Origin: Faecalicatena fissicatena
GTDB lineage: Bacteria > Bacillota > Clostridia > Lachnospirales > Lachnospiraceae
NCBI GenBank assembly: GCA_001028025.1
Contig: LDAQ01000067.1
Coordinates: forward strand, 128 to 32,127
Length of the DNA: 32,000 nucleotides
Reading direction: 5' to 3'
Both the position numbers and the translations under genes were made by a program. Below are positions 8,553-17,618 of this stretch, in pieces. The notes under the pieces are model-generated. The model was not told the origin of the DNA and ran no database searches. It saw only the letters and a list, made by a program, of their open reading frames with translations. Within the stretch, counting starts at the first letter, position 1. The number at the start of each line of letters is the position of its first letter.

Positions 8553-9920
8553 ATGTCAATAGAATATTTGGGACTCAGCAGTATTAACGGCCCTCTGATA
8601 GCACTGGAGGGCATCCAGGATGCCTTTTTCGATGAAATCGTAGAATTCGTCGTGGACGGCACAGAACGCAAAATTGGACGTATCGTAGAGATTTATGAGG
8701 ACAAAGCTGTCATACAGGTATTCGAAGGTTCCGAAAATATGTCCCTGAAGAATACCCATACCCGCCTTACCGGCCATCCGATGGAAATCGCTCTGTCCCC
8801 GGATATGCTGGGACGTACCTTCAACGGGATCGGGCAGCCTATCGATGATCTGGGTCCGATTACATCCACATTAAAGAGAGATGTAAACGGACTCCCGCTG
8901 AACCCTGTCATGCGGGAATATCCGCGAAACTACATCCACACAGGAATCTCCGCCATCGACGGGCTGACCACTCTGATCCGGGGACAGAAGCTTCCGATAT
9001 TTTCAGGAAACGGACTTCCCCACGACCAGCTGGCGGCTCAGATTGTGAAGCAGGCTTCCCTGGGCGAGAATTCCGAGGAACAATTTGCCATTGTATTTGC
9101 CGCCATGGGCGTCAAGCATGACGTTGCCGACTTCTTCAGGCGTACCTTTGAAGAAAGCGGTGTTGCAGACCACGTAGCCATGTTCCTGAACCTGGCAAAC
9201 GACCCGGTCGTAGAACGTCTGATCACGCCAAAAGTAGCGCTCACCGTAGCAGAATACCTGGCCTTCGAGCAAAACATGCATATCCTGGTTATCCTGACCG
9301 ATATGACCTCTTTTGCCGAAGCCATGCGTGAAGTCTCCTCCTCCAAAGGAGAGATTCCCAGCCGTAAAGGCTTTCCCGGATACCTCTACAGCGAACTTGC
9401 CACCATCTATGAGCGGGCCGGCATCGTGCAGGGTGTGAACGGTTCTGTAACCCAGCTGCCGATCCTGACCATGCCCAACGATGACATCACCCATCCGATC
9501 CCCGACCTGACCGGATATATCACGGAGGGCCAGATCGTACTGGAGAGAGAGCTGCACGGACAGTCCATCTACCCGCCGATCAACATTCTGCCGTCCCTGT
9601 CCCGTCTGATGAAAGACGGCATCGGAGAGGGCTACACAAGAGAAGACCACCAGGACCTTGCAAACCAGCTCTTCTCCGCCTACGCCAAGGTAGGAGACGC
9701 CCGAAACCTGGCTTCCGTCATTGGTGAGGATGAACTTTCCCCCATTGATAAAAAATATCTGGAATTCGGAAAAGCATTTGAAGAAAGATACATCGGCCAG
9801 GGGCAGAACGAAAACCGCAGCATGGAAGAGACTCTCAACCTGGGCTGGGAACTGCTCGGGCTGCTACCGAGAGAAGAACTCGACCGCGTCGATACCAAGA
9901 TACTCGACAAATATTATTAG
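8553..9920 (+). CDS. ntpB: V/A-type ATPase subunit B
   Basis: 455 aa with typical non-catalytic B-subunit sequence ([27 protein letters not shown]). Confidence 0.95.
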   Translation: MSIEYLGLSSINGPLIALEGIQDAFFDEIVEFVVDGTERKIGRIVEIYEDKAVIQVFEGSENMSLKNTHTRLTGHPMEIALSPDMLGRTFNGIGQPIDDLGPITSTLKRDVNGLPLNPVMREYPRNYIHTGISAIDGLTTLIRGQKLPIFSGNGLPHDQLAAQIVKQASLGENSEEQFAIVFAAMGVKHDVADFFRRTFEESGVADHVAMFLNLANDPVVERLITPKVALTVAEYLAFEQNMHILVILTDMTSFAEAMREVSSSKGEIPSRKGFPGYLYSELATIYERAGIVQGVNGSVTQLPILTMPNDDITHPIPDLTGYITEGQIVLERELHGQSIYPPINILPSLSRLMKDGIGEGYTREDHQDLANQLFSAYAKVGDARNLASVIGEDELSPIDKKYLEFGKAFEERYIGQGQNENRSMEETLNLGWELLGLLPREELDRVDTKILDKYY

Positions 9921-9954
9921 GGGTCAGACCCCTTTGCCAAAGGGGTCTGACCCC
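9920..9954. repeat. Perfect 35-bp palindrome GGGGTCAGACCCCTTTG-C-CAAAGGGGTCTGACCCC
   Basis: Read directly from the sequence. It starts on the last base of the ntpB stop codon and no T-tract follows it. The same half-site recurs at 25506-25570. Confidence 0.9.
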
Positions 9955-10010
9955 AATGAGCACCGTATTCAGAATATTCTGACTAATCAAACGTAAAAAG
10001 GAGGAGTTTC

Positions 10011-10637
10011 ATGGATCCGCGTACCTTCCCAACAAAAGGAAACCTTATGCTGGCAAAGAATTCTCTTGCCCTGGCAAAGCAGGGTTATGACCTGATGGAT
10101 AAAAAAAGGAATATCCTCATTCGGGAACTGATGGATTTGATCAATGAGGCCCGCGATATACAGGATGAGATCGACACCACGTTTACCTACGCGTACCAGT
10201 GCCTGCAGCGAGCTAATATTGAGCACGGGATCAATATGGTCGCTCAGCTTGCTTACACCGTGCCCATTGAGAACTCCATTACAATACAGACCCGCAGTAT
10301 TATGGGCACTGAGATTCCCCATGTTAAGTATACCCCAGGAAATAGTGCCCCCACGTATTCCTTCAGCACAACCCGGGAATCCATCGACCTGGCAACGGAA
10401 GCATTCCGCAAGGTAAAAGACCTGACCGTAAAGCTTTCTATGGTTGAAAATGCAGCCTACCGCCTAGCCTCTAATATAAAGAAGACTCAGAAGCGTGCAA
10501 ATGCCCTGCAGAATATTACGATTCCGATGTATTCGCAACTTGTTTATAATATCACCAATGCACTGGAGGAGAAGGACCGCGAGGAATTCACGCGCCTGAA
10601 GGTTATAAAGCGAATGAAACAGAGAAAAGGAGCCTGA
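10011..10637 (+). CDS. ntpD: V/A-type ATPase subunit D (central stalk)
   Basis: 208 aa. PTKGNLMLAKNSLALAKQGYDLMDKKRNILI is typical of subunit D. AGGAGG RBS. Confidence 0.9.
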   Translation: MDPRTFPTKGNLMLAKNSLALAKQGYDLMDKKRNILIRELMDLINEARDIQDEIDTTFTYAYQCLQRANIEHGINMVAQLAYTVPIENSITIQTRSIMGTEIPHVKYTPGNSAPTYSFSTTRESIDLATEAFRKVKDLTVKLSMVENAAYRLASNIKKTQKRANALQNITIPMYSQLVYNITNALEEKDREEFTRLKVIKRMKQRKGA

Positions 10638-10660
10638 CGTCGGTCAGCGCTCCTTTTTTT
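10629..10660 (+). terminator. Intrinsic terminator after ntpD, probably bidirectional with the convergent AraC gene
   Basis: GGAGCCTGAC-GTCG-GTCAGCGCTCC stem-loop followed by T7. An A-rich run precedes it. Confidence 0.75.
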
Positions 10661-10672
10661 GTCTTAATACTT

Positions 10673-11599
10673 TTAAAACTCCCATCCTCTCTTTGCACTT
10701 ATTTGGTATTTTTCCACTCTTCCTAATGCTGTATTAATCTGTTTTTTCCATTGATAAGGACTTATCCCGACAATCTTCTTAAAGTTCCGGTTAAAAGTAG
10801 AAATCGTTTGATAGCCTACCCGGGAAGCCACTGTCTCCATATGACAGTCATCTTTTTTCATGTAATCACATGCCGCCTGCACACGTATAAAATTAATATA
10901 CTCTACAGGTGTCATATTCATATCCGCCTGAAAAAGCCTGCGAAAATGTGTTTCACTCAAATGACTACATTCTGCAAGACCACAAATCGAGATATCCTCC
11001 CGATAGTGATCATGAATGTATTCCAGTGCACACGCAATCCTGCTTATGTTCTCCAAATCCATTGGCGGTGCATCCTCCCCCTTAATTCGTAATACCTGCA
11101 GCATAATATTAACGAGTGCACATCGTATAGAATCTTTCGCATAATCCCCTCCCTGACTGATCAACTCAAAAATCATCAATACCAAATTTCCCACATGAGG
11201 CGTCTCTATCGCAGAAAAAATAAATGCACTCTTATTAATGCCTGTCCTTATTTTTTCCCCTTTATATATGTTTCCACTGAAAGCCTCCAGTATAAGTTCT
11301 TCTGCGTCAAAATACAGGAACTCCCAATGACTGCGTATATCACTGTTCGTAGTATGCGGAAAGTTCTGAGGAATAAAAGTAAATGATCCGTCTTCGTAAT
11401 CATAACAGTTTTTATTTAATACCACCTGTCCTTTTCCGTGGCGGCAGTACCCAATCTCAACCATATTATGAAAGTGAAGACCGCCGTTTCCTTTCCCGTA
11501 GTCACGGTTCCAGCCTTCCCCCATCAATGCAAAAACCGGCTCCTTCCCCGGCTTTTCATAAAATCGAAATTCAGCATATTCTTTTTTATTCTTCCCCAT
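10673..11599 (-). CDS. AraC-family transcriptional regulator (N-terminal cupin-like sensor, C-terminal HTH)
   Basis: The C-terminus carries AraC HTH features (LSETHFRRLFQADMNMTPVEYINFIRVQAACDYM...GYQTISTFNRNFKKIVGISPYQW). GGAGGG RBS. Confidence 0.9.
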   Translation of the reverse strand: MGKNKKEYAEFRFYEKPGKEPVFALMGEGWNRDYGKGNGGLHFHNMVEIGYCRHGKGQVVLNKNCYDYEDGSFTFIPQNFPHTTNSDIRSHWEFLYFDAEELILEAFSGNIYKGEKIRTGINKSAFIFSAIETPHVGNLVLMIFELISQGGDYAKDSIRCALVNIMLQVLRIKGEDAPPMDLENISRIACALEYIHDHYREDISICGLAECSHLSETHFRRLFQADMNMTPVEYINFIRVQAACDYMKKDDCHMETVASRVGYQTISTFNRNFKKIVGISPYQWKKQINTALGRVEKYQISAKRGWEF

Positions 11600-11726
11600 A
11601 ATAAAATCCCTCCGAACACCTTAAAACACCTGCCATTACATATAAAGAGGTACCGCACAATAACTGCAATCAGATATTTTGCGGCACCAAGATAAAACTT
11701 TATAAATTCAATTTTACTTAAATCCC

Positions 11727-13652
11727 TTAGAATTCAAATACAGCAACTCCATATCCCGGCAGAGAATATGCAAAAGAGTATTTTCTGCCATCACAGTCCT
11801 GCTTCTCAGCCTTATAAATCAGAGGTCTCTCCTCACCGCTTCCGCCGTACTGCTCATCATCACCGTTCAATACAAGTTTATACTGCTTCCGCCTCGGCAC
11901 TCCAACCCTGTAATCCGGCCTGTCAACCGGCGTAAAATTGCACACAAACAGCAGATTCTTCTTATTATCCTTTGAATGCCTTACAAAACTGAAAATACTG
12001 CGGAATGTATCATCCTTATTGATCCATTCGAACCCTTCCGGATCCGTATCCAGTTCATAAAGCGCTTTATTCTTTCTATACAAATGAAGCAGATCCCGGT
12101 AGAATCGCTGTATCTGCTGATGCGGTTCCTCCGCCAGCAAAAACCAGTCCAGTTCCCGTTCCTCGCTCCACTCTCTGAGCTGCGCGAAATCCTGCCCCAT
12201 AAAGAGCAGCTTCTTCCCCGGATGACCGATCATAAAGGCATAGGCCGCCTTCAGGTTCGCAAACTTGTCAAACCCTTCTCCCGGCATCTTATTGACCATG
12301 GAGCACTTCAGATGCACCACCTCATCATGGGAAAGTACAAGAATATAATTCTCACTGTAAGCATATTCCATAGAGAATGCCATCTGATAATGTGCGTTCT
12401 TTCTAAACAGCGGATCCAGCTTCATATACTCTGTAAAGTCATGCATCCATCCCATATTCCACTTCAGGCTGAAGCCCAGCCCGTCATCCTCGGGAGCACC
12501 TGTTACCTTCGGCCATGCAGTGGATTCCTCTGCGATCATCATTGCACCATGATTCCTGCCCAGCACGACGGAATTCAAATGTCTGAAAAACGCAATCGCC
12601 TCCAGATTCTGATTGCCTCCAAACTTATTCGCAATCCACTGACCGTCCTGCTTGCCGTAATCCAGATACAGCATGGATGCCACAGCGTCCACTCTCAATC
12701 CATCCACATGATAATGCTCAATCCAGAACAGTGCATTGGCAATCAGGAAATTCTGAACCTCCAGCTTCCCATAATCGAAGATTTTCGTACCCCAGTCCGG
12801 ATGCTCTCCCTTTTTTGGATCTGCGTATTCAAAAACCGGCGTGCCATCAAAATCAGCAAGCCCATGCGCATCTTTTGGAAAATGTGCGGGTACCCAGTCC
12901 AAGATAACACCGATCTTATTCCTGTGGAGATAGTTGATCATATATGCAAAATCTTCCGGTGTACCGTACCTGCAGGTAGGTGCATAGTATCCCGTTACCT
13001 GATATCCCCATGAACCGTCAAAAGGATGTTCTGCCATCCCCATCAGTTCCACATGAGTATATCCCATCTCTTTGACATACTTCACAATTGCCCTGGCAAA
13101 ATCTCTGTAGGTATAAAACCCTTCATCTTCCCTGCCCGGGTGTCTCATCCAGGATCCCAGGTGCACCTCGTATATTGCCAGAGGATTCTCCTTACTGCTC
13201 CATTCCTTCCTGGCTTCCATCCATTCCCCGTCTGTCCATGACAAATGTGAAATATCGGTAATCCTGGAAGCTGTTCCGGGGCGCAGCTCTGCATAATTTG
13301 CAAATGGATCTGCCTTGAAAAGCCGTTTTCCCTGCATCGTTTCTATACAGAACTTATATAAATCCCCGTCCTGAACCCCTGGAATAAAACAGGTATATAT
13401 ACCCTCAGGATCCTGACGTTCCATATAATTCTCTTCGAAATCCCATTCGTTGAAGTCTCCCACAACAGACACGCGCCTTGCATTGGGAGCCCATACTGCA
13501 AAGTAAACTCCGTCTTTTCCCCTTACTGTCACCTTGTGGGCACCAAGCTTCTTATAGATCTCATAATGTGTCCCCTGGCCGAACAGATACTGGTCCAGTT
13601 CCCCAATTTCATAAGGCTTTACTTTCTTTTGTACGGTTTTTTTATTTCCCAT
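11727..13652 (-). CDS. glgB: 1,4-alpha-glucan branching enzyme
   Basis: 641 aa. N-terminal CBM48-like segment (VYFAVWAPNARRVSVVGDFNEWD) and GH13 catalytic motifs (GVILDWVPAHF, GLRVDAVASMLY, AEESTAWP, LSHDEVVH). Confidence 0.95.
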   Translation of the reverse strand: MGNKKTVQKKVKPYEIGELDQYLFGQGTHYEIYKKLGAHKVTVRGKDGVYFAVWAPNARRVSVVGDFNEWDFEENYMERQDPEGIYTCFIPGVQDGDLYKFCIETMQGKRLFKADPFANYAELRPGTASRITDISHLSWTDGEWMEARKEWSSKENPLAIYEVHLGSWMRHPGREDEGFYTYRDFARAIVKYVKEMGYTHVELMGMAEHPFDGSWGYQVTGYYAPTCRYGTPEDFAYMINYLHRNKIGVILDWVPAHFPKDAHGLADFDGTPVFEYADPKKGEHPDWGTKIFDYGKLEVQNFLIANALFWIEHYHVDGLRVDAVASMLYLDYGKQDGQWIANKFGGNQNLEAIAFFRHLNSVVLGRNHGAMMIAEESTAWPKVTGAPEDDGLGFSLKWNMGWMHDFTEYMKLDPLFRKNAHYQMAFSMEYAYSENYILVLSHDEVVHLKCSMVNKMPGEGFDKFANLKAAYAFMIGHPGKKLLFMGQDFAQLREWSEERELDWFLLAEEPHQQIQRFYRDLLHLYRKNKALYELDTDPEGFEWINKDDTFRSIFSFVRHSKDNKKNLLFVCNFTPVDRPDYRVGVPRRKQYKLVLNGDDEQYGGSGEERPLIYKAEKQDCDGRKYSFAYSLPGYGVAVFEF

Positions 13653-13735
13653 AAGCCCACCTCACTGCTCGTATTTTATATGTACAATTATACTTGATAT
13701 GTCCTGAAAAAGAAAGGGAAATCCGCCTCATGGCA

Positions 13736-13767
13736 TAAAATAGACAGACTCCGCAGAATCTGTCTAT
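13736..13767 (-). terminator. Putative intrinsic terminator after the 1220-aa gene
   Basis: ATAGACAGA / TCTGTCTAT stem with a 10-nt loop, followed on the minus strand by a short TTTTA tract. Confidence 0.5.
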
Positions 13768-13778
13768 TACATCACATT

Positions 13779-16700
13779 TTAAATATTAAAGTCCTTTTCC
13801 GAAAGGATAATTCTGTCCGCATCATCCGTATTTTTTCCAAATACACGTTTTACCAATTTCTTTGCTGATGCCTTCTGAGAATGCTCCATAGCCTCATCCA
13901 TGACTTCCTTCACTTCCGCAACTGTCACGGCATGGTCCTCTCTCTGAAGCGCGTCAATCCTGCTGTAGAGTGCAAGAATTCCCATCTCATCGATGCGGTA
14001 TCCATTTTCCTGAGCATATGTCTGGCCGAATGTTACAAGTTCATCATTAATGAAAATCGGTACTTCCAGACGGCTCGTAAACTTCCTGCGGAATTCCCTG
14101 TTGGAGGAAAGCAGTCTGTCCAGAGGCTTCCTCTGCTCTTCAAGAACAACCATCATCTCGCCTGTATCTCTTTCCATCGCCTTATTCAGCCTTGCCACGG
14201 TCTTTTCGTTCAGCTTTCCGGCCTTCTCGATAATCAGAGCGCCGCCGTATAATTTATCAAAAATATCGCTGATCTTTTTCTTATTCAGAGAGTCGCCCGT
14301 TACAATTGCAACCTTTCCCTGCCTGATATTCCTCTGCTTCTGGATTGCTTTGACAACATCCACAGCCAGAACAGTCTTACCATTTCCTTTATTACCAATG
14401 ATAAGGAGGTTGCCAGTTTTGGAAGTGCCGTTCCGGTTCGTGCAGTTATTGTCCTGCTCAAGTACATCCACAAGCTGCTCACTCATACCGCGTACCGGCA
14501 CAAAGTATGAGAATAACTTTTTCTGCTCATCTGTAAGCCCGGCCCGTGTCCCGATACCGCTCTGTGTCTCCAGATCGTATCTGCCATGGACAACAAATCC
14601 CGTGTCTGACATGGAAAGCGCATCTGAGATCTCGTTCAGCGGAAGAGGTGCTGTCTTACCTGTTGCAATCAGCTTTGCCGTTTCCTTACGGCTCAACGGA
14701 GTTGTAGCCGACATGATATCTATATCATCATCTTCATCCGGGATCTCTCTATCGTCAAATTCTTCCACTTGTTCCGGGTTCGGTCGGAACTCTTCCTCGA
14801 AACCAGCTGCTATATCTTCTATATCCTCGGCAGGCTCCTCGGTATCATATTCAGCAAGTTCCTCTTCCTCATACTCATCGTAGTAATCCTGGTCATATTC
14901 CTCTTCATATGATTCTTCCTCGATCTCATCGTAGTCTTCCTCATATGCTTCGCCATCATCATACTCATCTTCCGGATATGTTTCTTCTTCGTATTCCTCT
15001 TCACCATATCCGTCATCATAGAATTCTTCTTCAGCTTCTTCATATTCTGCCGTAAATTCTTCCTCAGCTTCCAGTTGAGACTCTTTTATATCATCGTACT
15101 CTTCATCATAAGATTCTTCTGCATCGCCGTACTCCTCGTCATAAGAATCCTCATACTCGTCTGCATAATCATCTTCATATACTTCTTCGTCTGACGCTTG
15201 AGCATATTCGTCTACTTCCTCCGGAAGGTCATCAATGAAACCTTCCAAATCTTCTTCAATACCATCGTCTGAAGCATCAAGGAACTCCGCGATATCATCA
15301 ATTCTGAGCTGCTGCGTTATTGCCCCCATATTTTCACGAGGTTCTTCATCCCTTCTGGCAGGTGTCCTCACAGTTTTGGGTTCCTCAGGCAGCACTCCTT
15401 CAATCTCGTCAATCAATCTCTGAATATCCGGCGGCAGTATCGGCTCCGCACTCTTTTTCTTTTCTTCCATCTTGTCCTCTTCTGCCGGTTCATCCTGCTC
15501 GTCATGCCCTAATCCCATTAAAATGTCTTCAATGCTGAGCTGACCTTGTATCTGGTCGTCATCCACCGGCTTTTTATTCTCCTGCTTTATATTATCTGCT
15601 GCGGCTGCATCTTCTATTCTCTCTGGTACCTCTTCGAAAGGTTCCTCCTGCAGCTCTTCTTTACTGTCTGCCAACTCTTCTTCCTCTGGCAGTTCCTCTT
15701 CTGATTCTGCTAGAGGTTCTTCCACAAACGTCTCCTCTTCGGAATCCACTATCTGTTCTGCCCCGTTATCTTCCAGCAGTTCTTCCACGTACAATAACTC
15801 TTTTGAATCTTCTGTCACTTCTTCCTCGTACAGTTCTTCTGCGGAATCTTCTGCCGGTTCTTCCTCTGGCAGTTCTTCTTCGATATCTTCCAGGGATTCT
15901 TCCCCGTACAATTCCTCTTCAGTGTCTTCTGCCGGTTCTTCCTCTGACAGTTCTTCTTCGATATCTTCCAGGGATTCTTCCTCGTACAGTTCCTCTTCAG
16001 TGTCTTCTGCTGTTTCTTCCTCCTCTTCTTCCAGCGGCTCCTCGTCCCACAATTCTTCCTCTGTTGCTTCAAGTACTTCATTGAGAAGTTCGCCGTCAAT
16101 ACCTTCTGCCTCTATTGCAGATTCTGAAAATTCCTCTTCCATATCTTCCGGGAGTTCCTCAGAAAATACCTCACCGATAATTTCTTCCACTTCCTCCAGT
16201 GATTCACCTTCCAGAAGTTCTGTCTCTTCCACAGTCACCTCTTCTGCAGGTTCTTCCGCTGTTTCCGGGGACAGTTCTTCATCCGGGATCTCATCCTCAA
16301 GAGGTTCAGCTTTCAACTCTTCCAAATCTTTATCAAATTGAATTTCTCTTTTTTTCTTTCCTGCATATTCATTTACAAGTTCCAGATCTATCACGGATTC
16401 GATTTCTTCTATTGCTACTTCCAGCTCAGGGATCTCTTCTTCGTCAAGCTCTTCCTCTTCCGTTTCTATTTTTTCATCTTTATTTTTAGGCCGCAAAAGA
16501 CTCTGCAGGGCATCCTCCAGCTTCATCCTGCTGCCGATTCCTTTTTGCTCCAGTTTTTGTACGGTCTCATCTACTGGCAAGTCATCCGGCTCACTATCAG
16601 CCTCCGGAGTCTCCTTCGCTTCTTCTGCCAAAGGCTCCTCTTTCAATGGAGTCTCTTCATCTGAATCTTCTTTAGCAGCGGCTTCTGACTGATCCGTATC

Positions 16701-17441
16701 TGTTTCTTCCGGTGAATAATCATCCCCAGAATCATCACCGTCCAGCTCTTCTGCAGCAGCAGCTTTTCTAGCCTGATATTCTGTCAAATCCGGAAGCTCT
16801 TCCGTCTCGGATTCAATCTTCTCATACCTGTGGTCATACTTTTCCTGCTGTGAAGGTGTCAGCTGTTTATACTGCATCTTAAGTTCCATCGCTTTAAATA
16901 CGAACTTTCCTTCACTGAACCAGAGGATCAAATCGTCACACTCCTCCAGACACTCGGCAGTCATACCGGCTTCCTGATATAATCTTGCCAGTTCATATGC
17001 CCATTCTTCAATGTATTCTGCCTTCTTAAACTCCTCCAGCGCTTCAATCTGCTGTTCAACCGGAGCTCTTCTGGCCCTTAATATCTTATATCGCAAAATA
17101 TGCTGGTTTGGATCCTTAGGAGCAACCTGCATAAAATCGTCATAATAGTCGATGGCTTCATCAACATTTCCTGTTTTAAGTGCAAGAGCGCATAAACGAT
17201 AGATAACCTTCCTGCTGCCTTCCGCACGATGATAAGCAATATTCAGAACCTCGTAACTCTTCTGATAGTCCCCGTTTCTCTCATATATGTCACTGACATT
17301 TGTCAGCATAGTGGCATTTCTGACTCTCTTCCAATCGATGGTATCCGCAATCTCGGCCGCTTTATTATATGCACCGCTTTCCATAAGTTCAAGCATCTGT
17401 TCTGTCTTTAACTTATATTCGTACTTGTCCACTGCACTCAC
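13779..17441 (-). CDS. Giant TPR / hyper-acidic low-complexity / CbbX-SpoVK-like AAA+ protein with an atypical Walker B
   Basis: The N-terminal ~200 aa are TPR-like helical repeats. The central ~700 aa are dominated by E/D with internal repeats. The C-terminal ~300 aa align by eye to the SpoVK/CbbX/EccA AAA+ module: Walker A GNKGNGKT (14373-14396), GGALIIEKAG in place of GGVLFIDEA (14223-14237), and NREFRRKFTSRLEVPIF resembling NPGLRSRF. The start may instead be GTG 17432 (GAGGTG 6 nt upstream). Confidence 0.85.
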   Translation of the reverse strand: MSAVDKYEYKLKTEQMLELMESGAYNKAAEIADTIDWKRVRNATMLTNVSDIYERNGDYQKSYEVLNIAYHRAEGSRKVIYRLCALALKTGNVDEAIDYYDDFMQVAPKDPNQHILRYKILRARRAPVEQQIEALEEFKKAEYIEEWAYELARLYQEAGMTAECLEECDDLILWFSEGKFVFKAMELKMQYKQLTPSQQEKYDHRYEKIESETEELPDLTEYQARKAAAAEELDGDDSGDDYSPEETDTDQSEAAAKEDSDEETPLKEEPLAEEAKETPEADSEPDDLPVDETVQKLEQKGIGSRMKLEDALQSLLRPKNKDEKIETEEEELDEEEIPELEVAIEEIESVIDLELVNEYAGKKKREIQFDKDLEELKAEPLEDEIPDEELSPETAEEPAEEVTVEETELLEGESLEEVEEIIGEVFSEELPEDMEEEFSESAIEAEGIDGELLNEVLEATEEELWDEEPLEEEEEETAEDTEEELYEEESLEDIEEELSEEEPAEDTEEELYGEESLEDIEEELPEEEPAEDSAEELYEEEVTEDSKELLYVEELLEDNGAEQIVDSEEETFVEEPLAESEEELPEEEELADSKEELQEEPFEEVPERIEDAAAADNIKQENKKPVDDDQIQGQLSIEDILMGLGHDEQDEPAEEDKMEEKKKSAEPILPPDIQRLIDEIEGVLPEEPKTVRTPARRDEEPRENMGAITQQLRIDDIAEFLDASDDGIEEDLEGFIDDLPEEVDEYAQASDEEVYEDDYADEYEDSYDEEYGDAEESYDEEYDDIKESQLEAEEEFTAEYEEAEEEFYDDGYGEEEYEEETYPEDEYDDGEAYEEDYDEIEEESYEEEYDQDYYDEYEEEELAEYDTEEPAEDIEDIAAGFEEEFRPNPEQVEEFDDREIPDEDDDIDIMSATTPLSRKETAKLIATGKTAPLPLNEISDALSMSDTGFVVHGRYDLETQSGIGTRAGLTDEQKKLFSYFVPVRGMSEQLVDVLEQDNNCTNRNGTSKTGNLLIIGNKGNGKTVLAVDVVKAIQKQRNIRQGKVAIVTGDSLNKKKISDIFDKLYGGALIIEKAGKLNEKTVARLNKAMERDTGEMMVVLEEQRKPLDRLLSSNREFRRKFTSRLEVPIFINDELVTFGQTYAQENGYRIDEMGILALYSRIDALQREDHAVTVAEVKEVMDEAMEHSQKASAKKLVKRVFGKNTDDADRIILSEKDFNI
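15821..16030 (-). repeat. 78-bp (26-aa) in-frame tandem repeat, about 2.7 copies, inside the acidic region
   Basis: Units start at 15821, 15899 and 15977 and are near-identical. They encode ...EELYEEESLEDIEEELSEEEPAEDT... Confidence 0.9.
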
Positions 17442-17520
17442 CTCGTTAATATAATATTATTTATATCTTTTATCCGGCATACGCCCGTTTATACGCACAT
17501 GTGCAGATAATTCTGTCCTT

Positions 17521-17549
17521 AGTTTACCATAAGCACTTCCCAATGTCAA
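17521..17549 (-). promoter_or_regulatory. Candidate sigma-A promoter for the 1220-aa gene
   Basis: Minus strand: TTGACA (17544-17549), 17-nt spacer, TAAACT (17521-17526), about 80 nt upstream of the start codon. Confidence 0.5.
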
Positions 17550-17586
17550 AAAAATGCATCCTCAATTGACATTGAAGATGCATTTT
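17545..17586 (-). terminator. Intrinsic terminator downstream of the decayed ORF
   Basis: A 16-bp stem (17551-17566 / 17571-17586, 1 mismatch that is G-U on the minus strand) with loop TGAC, followed by T7 on the minus strand. Confidence 0.65.
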
Positions 17587-17618
17587 AACACTTATTTAAT
17601 TTTCTCATTCTATATATT

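Noticed and set aside
3827-9650. Antisense ORFs inside ATPase genes, including 3827..4468 (213 aa), 5846..6271, 6712..7131, 7141..7503, 7897..8322 and 9003..9650 (215 aa)
   Set aside because: Each is embedded antisense within a gene with strong homology (ntpI, F/E, A, B). They show no motifs, no SD sequences, and the composition typical of shadow frames.
11976-13013. A 345-aa plus-strand ORF
   Set aside because: It is entirely antisense to glgB, whose translation carries unambiguous GH13 motifs. The antisense product is low-complexity and has no recognisable motifs.
15821-16030. The tandem repeats considered as a possible CRISPR array or minisatellite locus
   Set aside because: The units are contiguous 78-bp in-frame coding repeats with no unique spacers, and they lie inside a long ORF. 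No cas genes are present in the window.
14050-16664. Plus-strand ORFs antisense to the acidic gene, including 14050..14883 (277 aa), 15803..16084, 15922..16341 (Ser-rich) and 16199..16664
   Set aside because: Reverse-complement frames of GAA/GAG/GAT-rich coding sequence give open Ser/Leu/Phe-rich frames automatically. They are low-complexity and have no RBS. The minus-strand gene has clear domain homology at both ends.
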